This document shows positions 1-9,010 of a stretch of 26,982 bases of DNA, piece by piece; positions within the stretch are counted from its first letter, which is position 1; the number at the start of each line of letters is the position of its first letter. Source of the stretch: Tubiluchus corallicola (taxonomy: Eukaryota > Animalia > Priapulida); contig JAQGDQ010001745.1 in NCBI GenBank assembly GCA_030141605.1, positions 1 through 26,982 on the forward strand. Reading direction: 5' to 3'. The translations under genes and the position numbers were made by a program. The notes below the pieces were generated by a model. It saw nothing but the letters and a program-made list of their open reading frames with translations. It was not told the origin of the DNA and did no database searches.

Positions 1-585
1 GTATTGAGTGTTTGGGTTAAGTAAAGCAATCAACACCATTACATGAGTGCTGTATTGAGTGTTTGGGTTAAGTAAAGCAATCAACACCATTACATCAGTG
101 CTGTATTGAGTGTTTGGGTTAAGTAAAGCAATCAACACCATTACATCAGTGCTGTATTGAGTGTTTGGGTTAAGTAAAGCAATCAACACCATTACATCAG
201 TGCTGTATTGAGTGTTTGGGTTAAGTAAAGCAATCAACACCATTACATGAGTGCTGTATTGAGTGTTTGGGTTAAGTAAAGCAATCAACACCATTACATG
301 AGTGCTGTATTGAGTGTTTGGGTTAAGTAAAGCAATCAACACCATTACATGAGTGCTGTATTGAGTGTTTGGGTTAAGTAAAGCAATCAACACCATTACA
401 TGAGTGCTGTATTGAGTGTTTGGGTTAAGCAAAGCAATCAACACCATTACATGAGTGCTGTATTGAGTGTTTGAGTTAAGTAAAGCAATCAACACCATTA
501 CATGAGTGCTGTATTGAGTGTTTGGGTTAAGTAAAGCAATAAACACCATTACATGAGTGCTGTATTGAGTGTTTGGGTTAAGTAA
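1..585. repeat. 51-bp tandem satellite, ~11.5 copies, runs off the left edge; reverse complement of the array at 9599-11330
   Basis: Unit GTATTGAGTGTTTGGGTTAAGTAAAGCAATCAACACCATTACATGAGTGCT repeats every 51 bp; units 2-4 carry CATCAG instead of CATGAG. Confidence 0.97.
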
Positions 586-1179
586 AATTAAACATTTTGG
601 GCACTAAAATAATTCTAGGTTGATCGCATGATAGTAATTGTGCAACGTGTGAACATTACTGTATATTTTTGCTTGATATGTCCTCATGATAGTTATTATT
701 CATCACTTATCATCATTCCAGTTCTATTTCTGTTATTCTGCAATAGGTAAGCCTATTGTGGAGTCTCAAACTCATGTGAGTACTGTCCTGTAAATTCCCC
801 ACACTGTGTGTTCTTTCTTAAAACAAGCCTGTATTCCAGAAAGTTTTCAATTGCTCACTGCTGTTTTCAGTAAGCCACTGAAGGCAAACAATCAGACCCA
901 GATTCTGCTGTAGACAGATATCGTTGTTTGTTTTCCCTGGCCAGAAGAATGTTGCAGTGAGCAATTGAAAATCTGCTAGAGCGGCAAGTTGGTTTAAGAA
1001 ACTTTAGCATAACTGCTGAAGTTACAAAACAAAAACAATGATATTAAATTCTCACAATGCCTTATGAGAACTACGTTAAGTGACATGTTGCATGCCAGCT
1101 TTAATTAGAAATGAATTAGACATTCACAATGGAAGTAAAGACCTTGAAGACGTTGATTTTGCAAAATTACTAATCATTT
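586..1179 (+). repeat. Left non-tandem arm of a large inverted repeat; partner at 9011-9598
   Basis: Aligns base by base to the reverse complement of 9011-9598; similarity stops after ...AATTACTAATCATTT (1179). Confidence 0.95.
814..1001. mobile_element. ~190-bp palindromic MITE-like element inside the inverted-repeat arm; other copies at 9190-9377 and (diverged) 7741-7940
   Basis: Outer IR TTTCTTAAA/TTTAAGAAA; perfect 18-bp inner IR TTTTCAATTGCTCACTGC (844-861) / GCAGTGAGCAATTGAAAA (954-971). Confidence 0.55.
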
Positions 1180-1185
1180 TAAATT

Positions 1186-1622
1186 CTACTTTTCTGTTTA
1201 TGCAATTTTTTTCTTGTGCCATTTTTTTCATTTTTTCTGTGCCATTTTTTACGGTGTCATTTTTTCCTGTGGCACTTTTACCTGTACCATTTTACCTACT
1301 TTTCTGTTTATGCAATTTTTTTCTTGCGGCATTTTTTGTCATTTTTTCTGTGCCATTTTTACGGTGTCATTTTTTCCTGTGGCACTTTTACCTGTACCAT
1401 TTTACCTACTTTTCTGTTTATGCAATTTTTTTCTTGTGCCATTTTTTTGTCATTTTTTCTGTGCCATTTTTTACGGTGTCATTTTTTCCTGTGGCACTTT
1501 TACCTGTTCCATTTTACCTACTTTTCTGTTTATGCAATTTTTTTCTTGCGCCATTTTTTTGTCATTTTTACCGTGTCATTTTTTCCTGTGCCACTTTTAC
1601 CCGTGCCATTTTTACCTACATT
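1186..1622. repeat. ~110-bp tandem repeat (~4 copies) built from ~16-bp TGTGCCATTTTT-like subrepeats; probably one end of a foldback-like non-autonomous element
   Basis: TTTCTGTTTATGC recurs at 1191, 1301, 1411 and 1523; terminus ...GTGCCATTTTTACCTACATT resembles the terminus at 16382-16423. Confidence 0.85.
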
Positions 1623-1901
1623 GGTAATAAACATGTTGTTTCCAGTGATGTTTTTACACGTTTAGGAGCCAGAACTACAGCCCATTAACCCAGCAAAGAG
1701 GATAATCGTGTTATCCCCAGTAGGCCCCCGAATTGCCCATGAATTATCCAGTTAAATGCTAGTAAACTTTAACCTGCAACCTGTTTACTAGGGCCAAGTT
1801 GTGGAAATGAACAATGAGTTTCTTGTTTGGCCAGGACAATGATGTCAAACAGCAGAATTACATGATTTGCCTGGATGACCACTTGTTCATCTATTAACAC
1901 C

Positions 1902-1987
1902 GTGGGGCTCCCTGTTAGGCTCCCACCTTTACTCCCCCTCCCACAGTGGGGTTCCCTGTTAAGCTCCCACCTTTACTCCCCCTCCCA
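1902..1987. repeat. 44-bp direct duplication (2 copies)
   Basis: GTGGGG(C/T)TCCCTGTTA(G/A)GCTCCCACCTTTACTCCCCCTCCCA at 1902 and 1946. Confidence 0.9.
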
Positions 1988-2064
1988 TCACCACGCGGCT
2001 CTTTTTCGTCAACGTTTTGTTCGTTTATTTTCACATCTTATTCACGTTGTCTTCTCCATCTGTA

Positions 2065-2126
2065 TTTCTTCCCTTCTCTTTCTTCCCACTCTCTCTCTCT
2101 CTCTCTCTCTCATCTCTCTTTCTCCG

Positions 2127-2158
<32 letters not shown>

Positions 2159-2262
2159 GTTCGCTCTCTCTGTCTCTCTCTCCTTCTTCCCCTCTCTCAC
2201 TTCTCTCTCTCTCTCTCTCTCTCTCTCATCTCTCTCTCTTTCTCTCTCTCTCTGTCTCTCTT

Positions 2263-2336
<74 letters not shown>

Positions 2337-2490
2337 TCTTCCACTCTCCTTCTCTTTCTGTCTCTCTCTCTCTCTCTTGCTCTCTCTCTCTTTCCCTCTT
2401 CCACTCTCCTTCTCTTTCTGTCTCTCTCTCTCTCTCTTGCTCTCTCTCTCTTTCCCTCTTCCCTCTCTCTCTCTCTCTCTCTCTCTCTTC
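2065..2490. repeat. Interrupted (CT)n microsatellite / polypyrimidine tract
   Basis: Long CT runs; a 60-bp block is duplicated (lines 2341 and 2401 are identical). Confidence 0.97.
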
Positions 2491-2928
2491 ATCCATCTAA
2501 TATTTCGTGCAGCTTGGGCCACTTTTTCTTCCCTTTCTGCCATCCTGTTTTCTACCTTTTGTCTCATGCTCCATCTTTCCTTCCCACTTTCTTCGGAGGT
2601 TGCCCCCGTAAACGCTTCGCCCTCACTCACTCTGTAAACCAACATACTGCCACGGGCGGTTACTCTTTGCCACCAAATGAAAAGAGGTGCAACGAAAGAG
2701 CAGCTGCCAGGGGTAACCGTTTCCTAGCGAAGGCAGGAAGGCTTTTGTTTGGTAGGGAATTTGTCATGTTAACAAAAGAGCCTCGATTTCTAGACGTAGT
2801 TTGACTTTGAGAAAACATGTACGTACACGTCCATACACGTTCAAACTGGAATTCTCAGAGTAACAGCATCAATTGACATTCATAAGGCTTTGATACTTGT
2901 TACAGATGAATAAGTGACTGTTTTCCAG

Positions 2929-3459
2929 CAGGGATGAGAATTTCCCGCGGATACGCGGAATTCCCAGTTTTTGGAAGACCAGTAGTGCCATTTTTGTAAA
3001 TCGCTTTAATCTGTTGAGAAATTTTTTACGGACCCAGTACATTATTTCAAAAGCTGACCGCTAGTTGGCAGGCCGTCACTTTGTTTACATCACGTACATC
3101 AGTGTAACCACGTGTATATCTCTATGTATAAAAATATAGAATCAATTGTGTGGAGTTATTTGAGTCAATTGCAGACAGTTTTTATATACTTTTGCATAGG
3201 AGCGGCCAGTACTTAGACGTTTTTGAGACAATTAGGTATCATGTATCCTTGATAGTTGGGTATTTTAAATTATGCATGAAACAAGGTAACTGATATTTTA
3301 AGTCCTCTTAGAGGCTCTCTATGGTCACAAAATTGCTATTTGTTGCTTTGCCCCCATGGGGACTTTGCCCCTCAACCCCATCTAATGATTAGGGGCCTAG
3401 GCGGTCCCAAAACCCCGGCCTATTTCTGAGTTTTTTGCAATTTGTCATTCTCATCCCTG
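2929..3459. mobile_element. Non-autonomous hAT-like DNA transposon (MITE), 531 bp
   Basis: Perfect 13-bp TIR CAGGGATGAGAAT (2929-2941) / ATTCTCATCCCTG (3447-3459), close to the Ac/Ds TIR CAGGGATGAAA; GC-rich subterminal motifs at 3349-3420; no clean 8-bp TSD. Confidence 0.7.
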
Positions 3460-4354
3460 AAATAAGCGACTATTAGTAATCATTCTAATTTCTAAAAGTC
3501 AGTTAACCTTAAAGGAAGATTTTTCATACACTACCCTATTTTCAAGTCGATAAAAAGGGCATATTTTAACACAATTAATACTGCAAAAGCGTTTCTGATA
3601 ATTAAATAATAGATTAAACACTTAATTAACTGCGGGCGAGCCCAGCTATTGATGACATCACAAACTAACATAACTTTCAACAGCAAAAATACTCCATGAG
3701 CGTGTTGCACGTGTTTGTGAAAGTGAAAATTGAAGTACAGTGCTACTGTAAGATATTCAGTGTGTTGTACTAAAGCTAGGCACGTTTTAAGATGAAAACT
3801 CAAATCTCTACTTTACCGCTGTGCTTACGCATGAGCTGTCGAACGTGTGTACTTCGTCACAAACAAACGCATTTGAACTGAGAGGTACAGCAGCTGTTTT
3901 TGTGCCATGCGTTTTCGAAATGCAGGCGCTAGTGCCCGTCTAACTAGCGAATGGCGAAATTCATGTAGCAGTGAAGAACTAGTGGCGCGAACGTGAAATT
4001 GTGTTAGTGTGATAACTATTTTTTCACGTAAGTCATTTTTGAAAAAATAGTTTTTTTTTTCAATATTTTAAAGAGTAGATTGTTTTGACCTACAGTTTAA
4101 GATTGGGTCAGGTTTTGTTTTAAAATCTTATATAATTGTCATGCTTTCTAGCCTCAAGTGGTGAATACATGCTATGTATATTTTGTCTTGGTGTTAGGCA
4201 GTAACAGTCTTGATTCAAACACACATTCAGTCTAGCCTTTTTACATTTCTCACTATTAGTCAGAGGTATGGTTTCAAAAATTTGACAAAACTTGGTAAAA
4301 ATTACAAATAGTTTTTTGTACATAAAAGATTCAATATTTGCTTCTCCAAATGAG

Positions 4355-5029
4355 TCTTGAACAGAGACAGAAATCACTTGAAAAGATAAACCATCATCGC
4401 ACAGAAACAACAGAACGTCTTCTTGATGGTCTTGAACAAAGACAGAAATCACTTGAAAAGATAAACCATCATCGCACAGAAACAACAGAACGTCTTCTTT
4501 ATGGTCTTGAACAGAGACAGAAATCGCTTGAAAGGATAAACCATCATCGTAGTGAAACAACAGAACGTCTTCTTGATGGTCTTGAACAGAGACAGAAATC
4601 ACTTGAAAAGATAAACCGTCATCGCACAGAAACAACAGAACGTCTTCTTTATGGTCTTGAACAGAGACAGAAATCGCTTGAAAGGATAAACCATCATCGT
4701 AGTGAAACAACAGAACGTCTTCTTGATGGTCTTGAACAGAGACAGAAATCACTTGAAAAGATGAACCGTCATCGCAGAGAAACAACAGAACGTCTTCTTA
4801 ATGGTCTTGAACAAAGACAGAAATCACTTGAAAAGATAAACCGTCATCACAGAGAAACAACAGAACGTCTGCTTGATGGTCTTGAACAAAGACAGAAATC
4901 ACTTGAAAAGATAAACCATCATCACAGAGAAACAACAGAACGTCTTCTTGATGGTCTTGAACAGAGACAGAAATCACTTGAAAAGATAAACCGTCATCGC
5001 AGAGAAACAACAGAACGTCTTCTTGATGG
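4355..5029. repeat. 75-bp tandem repeat, 9 copies; the unit is the GPCR C-terminal codons + stop + start of 3'UTR
   Basis: CTTGAACA recurs at 4356, 4431, 4506 ... 4956; the minus strand of the copy at 4955-5029 reads IKKTFCCFSAMTVYLFK*. Confidence 0.97.
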
Positions 5030-6602
5030 CATTTCTAAACTCTTTGATTCGAGCGGCATAAATGAACACGTTAAAAAGAGAGTTACTTATTCCGAGAGAG
5101 CCCACGTAGAGAAACACGTAACTATCTGGTTTCATGTTCACACAGACTGATCGTGGGCAAAATGCATACACTAACACACACGTCTTGTATGGTATCCACA
5201 ATACAAAGAAAATTCCCAGTACGAGAAGCAATGTCTTCATCATTCTAACAGTACTCTTCATCAAGTAACTATTTCTCGATTCCTGAGTCTCCGTGGCAAT
5301 TGATCCATTTGTCTCTTTGGATTTGATGTGGCAATTGATCCATTTGTCTCTTTGGTTTTGAAGTATCAATTGATCCATTTGTCTCTTTGGTTCTGATGTG
5401 GCAATTGATCCATTTGCCTCTTTCGTTCTGATGTGGCAATTGATCCATTTGTCTCTTTGGTTCTGATGTGGCAATTGATCCATTTGTCCCTTTGGTTCTG
5501 ATGTGGCAATTGATCCATTTGTCTCTTTGGTTCTGTTGTGGCAATTGATCCATTTGTCTCTTTGGTTTTGATGTGGCAATTGATCCATTTGTCTCTTTGG
5601 TTCTGATGTGGCAATTGATCCATTTGTCTCTTTGGTTTTGATATGGCAATTGATCCATTTGTCTCTTTGGTTCTGATGTGGCAATTGATCCATTCGTCTC
5701 TTTGGTTTTGATGTAGCAACTGATCCATTTGTCTCTTTGGTTTTGATGTGGCAATTGATCCATTTGTCTCTTTGGTTCTGATGTGGCAATTGATCCATTC
5801 GTCTCTTTGGTTTTGATGTAGCAACTGATCCATTTATCTCTTCGGTTTTGATGTGGCAATTGATCCATTTGTCTCTTTGGTTCTGATGTGGCAATTGATC
5901 CACTTGTCTCTTTGGTTCTGATATGGCAATTGATCCATTTATCTCTTCGGTTTTGATGTGGCCTCGCACGCTTATTGTCGTCTCAACATGTGATGAGTGA
6001 ATGCTTCGTAGGTGGCGTATTGTTTCCTTGGCTATACGTGTGTACAGAAAAATAACAAGAAAATAAGTTGACAGGTCAACCATCATGAGCCCCGCCCACC
6101 ATCGGGCTGCCCACGGCCCACTCAAAGTAAGGCAATGTCTCCTGAAAGATACCCGATCGTACGTCACACTTGTAAGAATAGCAGAAATGATCCCTACCAT
6201 CCAGGCAGCCACAATGAAACCCCAGATGAATTTGGCCGTCATAATGGTCCGGTGCCTAAGCGGATAAAATACGGCGAGGTACCGCTCTATGGAAAGAAAG
6301 AAGTACGAATAGATGGACGGTATGCTGCCGATCATAGCCAGCATTGTTGCGATCTGGCACCAATGCCCAGTATTCTGCAGCTGCAGCTGGTAAACTAAAA
6401 CGTGAAAAAGAATACTGATACCAAAGAAGGCATCGGCTGCCGAGAGGTTTCCGATAAAGTAATACGTCACACTTCTTAAATTCTTCGACTTGTAGATGAC
6501 GAAAATGACCATTCCGTTGGCAACGACCACGGCGACTGCCTCGAAACCCCAGACGCCTATGATGAACTGAGGAAAATCGTCTACTGATGTTGTTTCATTC
6601 AT
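4974..6602 (-). CDS. Intronless rhodopsin-like (class A) GPCR, ~542 aa, orphan; ICL3 greatly expanded by a 35-bp minisatellite
   Basis: First ATG of the ORF at 6602 (MNETT, N-glycosylation sequon, A at -3). TM1 VVANGMV, TM2 NLSAAD, Cys at top of TM3 and in ECL2, ERY motif (SIERYLAVFYP), TM4 Trp, TM5 ending LYTRI, TM6 FFVLWIPY, TM7 NSLFNVFIY, helix 8 EFRNAIKK, C-terminal CC. Ligand class cannot be assigned by eye. Confidence 0.93.
   Translation of the reverse strand: MNETTSVDDFPQFIIGVWGFEAVAVVVANGMVIFVIYKSKNLRSVTYYFIGNLSAADAFFGISILFHVLVYQLQLQNTGHWCQIATMLAMIGSIPSIYSYFFLSIERYLAVFYPLRHRTIMTAKFIWGFIVAAWMVGIISAILTSVTYDRVSFRRHCLTLSGPWAARWWAGLMMVDLSTYFLVIFLYTRIAKETIRHLRSIHSSHVETTISVRGHIKTEEINGSIAISEPKRQVDQLPHQNQRDKWINCHIKTEEINGSVATSKPKRRMDQLPHQNQRDKWINCHIKTKETNGSVATSKPKRRMDQLPHQNQRDKWINCHIKTKETNGSIATSEPKRQMDQLPHQNQRDKWINCHNRTKETNGSIATSEPKGQMDQLPHQNQRDKWINCHIRTKEANGSIATSEPKRQMDQLILQNQRDKWINCHIKSKETNGSIATETQESRNSYLMKSTVRMMKTLLLVLGIFFVLWIPYKTCVLVYAFCPRSVCVNMKPDSYVFLYVGSLGISNSLFNVFIYAARIKEFRNAIKKTFCCFSAMTVYLFK
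5293..5962. repeat. 35-bp coding minisatellite, 19 copies with no indels, inside GPCR ICL3
   Basis: Unit GTGGCAATTGATCCATTTGTCTCTTTGGTT(C/T)TGAT; first GTGGC at 5293, closing GTGGC at 5958 (665 = 19 x 35). Confidence 0.97.
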
Positions 6603-7740
6603 TTTCTCTCTCCTTCTTCGTTCTGTTTTTATCACAAGTGCACACACGAATGACAGGACCCCACACTTTTAATTGATTAATGGTGGTTATTATTAGTGAG
6701 AGCGTCGTCATCAAAGACTGAACTCCTATCAGGCTGTGTCATAACAATTGACTATTATTAGCACCAGTTATTGCAGTGTTTCACTGAGCTAGTAAGAAGA
6801 CAATAACCTAACAGATAGCCAAATCAGAAGCACGCCAAGTGCCCGTAGAGTAAAAACTCAGAATTACTTGCTCAGTATTTACTCAGAAATAATACGTAGT
6901 AAATACTTGAAGATCCACCCTGGCTCACAGTAGCATTGAAATAAACTCTCATTGAAATAAATTTGAGTTGAGAACATCTCAGCTGCTGAGTTGAATATCC
7001 CTAATAGATCTACGCCTAATAGATGAAAACATCACAAACCAATTTTCGAAGTCACGCCTTGCAGTCTGTACTACGAAACTAAAAGATGCTTACATCAACA
7101 ATTGTGGTCAGTGGTCAGTAGTCACTGTTATAACTCTCCATGCCAACTTATGCATAACTGGTAAAACTAGTATCTGCAAAAGAAGTTCTCATATCTGCAA
7201 GTCAGCACACTGAGTGACGTAGTTTCGCAGTGACACACTAATGCCTTCTGGGAAACCTAAAATTGCATGAATTGTGGCATCCTATAGCTATTTGACAATA
7301 CTATTAGATCCAGGGGTTTAGCTGCAAGACACTTAATCTCATAATGACCTTTAATCTCATTCAGGCCTACACGAATTTTCAATTTTGTCCCATTGCTTAT
7401 TTATGAAAGTTGACGGCATATTAATGCAATTCTCGTAAGAGTCGCAGAAAATTTAGATATTTGGCACGGTAATTCAAGGCAAATATGTGTTTATGTTGTC
7501 TATTTGTTTGTTTGTTAGAGAAGAACACTATTACAATTACGTACATAGATATACTACACACAATTGCACAATAGTAAACAAAATGAAAACAAAATTACTG
7601 ACAATTACCTATCAAGTGAGCAATTAACATGTGAACAACTAATAGGCAAATGCTTGCAGTCGAGCTAAAAGTTAAGATTTGAAACTCCAAGCTACATGCT
7701 GTCAAGTTAGTGCTAGGGGCAAAATAAAAAATGTAACTAG

Positions 7741-7940
7741 TTTTCCTCCAAACCAGATTTTGTTCCGGTAAATTTTCAGTAACTCACCGTAATTTTTGTC
7801 CAGCAACTGAACTTGAGCAATGCAGCTACAGACATATACCTGCTGTAGCGTCTGGTTTCAATTATTTGTTTTCAGCGGCTTGTTGAAAACTGCTGTGAGC
7901 AATTGAAATTTTAACCGAAACACAAGTCCGTTTGAGAAAA
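7741..7940. mobile_element. Old, diverged copy of the ~190-bp palindromic element
   Basis: TTCAGCGGCTTGTTGAAAACTGCTGTGAGCAATTGAAA (~7871-7908) aligns with TTCAGTGGCTTACTGAAAACAGCAGTGAGCAATTGAAA (~9309-9346); weaker collinear similarity over the full length. Confidence 0.6.
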
Positions 7941-8168
7941 CGTTGCATACGCGACAATAAAATGTTAGCACGTCTAAAGAAGTGCTTGATTCTGCCAGTT
8001 TTACCTAATGAAGGAAATACTAACACAACAGGTACAACAGACGAGAGTGCTAATTTATTATTATGATAATTTATCAAACGTGCGTGTGGCAGTAATTGCT
8101 CACACATCACGCAATTGCTACAATGTGCTACCCGGGATTTAATATCGGATTTTTCAATCATTCCCGTA

Positions 8169-8638
8169 TGTTATGTATTAATACGCCAGAAAGCATTGTA
8201 AATAAAGCAGTTCGGCAACGTGCATAATGGCATACTGTATTTCGTTATTTCTTCAGGTACATCAACATAAACATGGTGTCAGAAGTGGGATTTTTAACTG
8301 TAATGAAAGTCATTTTGTAATTTAAAGTTCAACGTTCTATTTGAATTTTGTAAAGTTTCCAATAGTCAAAAAAAGTTGAAATTTGTGTGCTGAAACTACA
8401 TAGATAAGAAAAGTGGCAAAGTCAATTTTACTGTTTCGTTAACCTTAAGATTGTCTACTATTGTTGTTAACAATGCCATGTTATGGTTTACTTTTGTTTT
8501 TTGTTCAAAAGAAAGCAGATTTTATGTATTAATGAGTCAGAACGCATTGTAAATAAAGTAGTTCGGCAACACGCATAATGATGTACTGTATTTCGTTATT
8601 TCTACTAGATAGAAATCCAAGTACATCAACATAAAACA
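8169..8638 (+). mobile_element. TRIM-like miniature LTR retroelement: LTR 8169-8273, PBS 8274-8291, non-coding interior, PPT-like tract 8507-8519, LTR 8520-8638
   Basis: Two similar direct repeats of 105 and 119 bp; the first has TGTTATGT...ACATAAACA ends; TGGTGTCAGAAGTGGGAT directly after it is complementary to a tRNA-Leu 3' end; purine tract AAAAGAAAGCAGA directly before the second. Confidence 0.8.
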
Positions 8639-9010
8639 TGGTACTCTTGTGATTATTTTATACATGCAAAGCAAATGTGCACATAGCAAGCAGAACGCAG
8701 CAAACAATTCATCAGTATTCATTATAAAAGACTGTAATAAAAACATTTGTAATAAAAACCATCACCTGCTTCTAAACAATTCTACTGCCTCTGTTTATGA
8801 TGTGGTGTTTAGAATTGGACAACCACAGATGTGATAGACTAGCGTTGTTTGTAAGGTCATAGATAATCGATAATACAAACCAAATCAATTATGAGTAAAC
8901 TTGTCAAGACTAGTGAGATTGTTACATATTGCACAAAAGAACGTGCTGCCACCTAGCACTCATACACAATTGAAGTACAAAGTGTCGTGATATACTGTAA
9001 TTGTAGGTGT

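Noticed and set aside
1080-1688. Phe/Cys-rich ORFs of 137-202 aa
   Set aside because: Translations of the T-rich 110-bp repeat, open in all three plus frames; the N-terminus shared with ORF 8922-9110 simply reflects the inverted repeat
2599-2733. Three RFX X-box-like sequences (GTTGCCCCCGTAAAC, GCTGCCAGGGGTAAC, GTTTCCTAGCGA)
   Set aside because: Each has mismatches at conserved positions and there is no associated gene start
1875-2804. SL- and ER-repeat ORFs on both strands
   Set aside because: Artefacts of the (CT)n tract
3509-4100. Possible TTAA-flanked (Kolobok-like) element starting TTAAAGG
   Set aside because: No matching inverted terminus found
4120-5010. Minus-strand ORFs FLCDDGLSFQVISV...
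   Set aside because: Alternative frame of the 75-bp repeat, with non-ATG starts
5269-5868. ORFs of 199 and 155 aa as separate genes
   Set aside because: They are the other two frames of the 35-bp repeat inside the GPCR
6603-6647. 15-codon N-terminal extension of the GPCR in the ORF track
   Set aside because: It starts at GTG; the first ATG at 6602 has good context and gives a typical short glycosylated N-terminus
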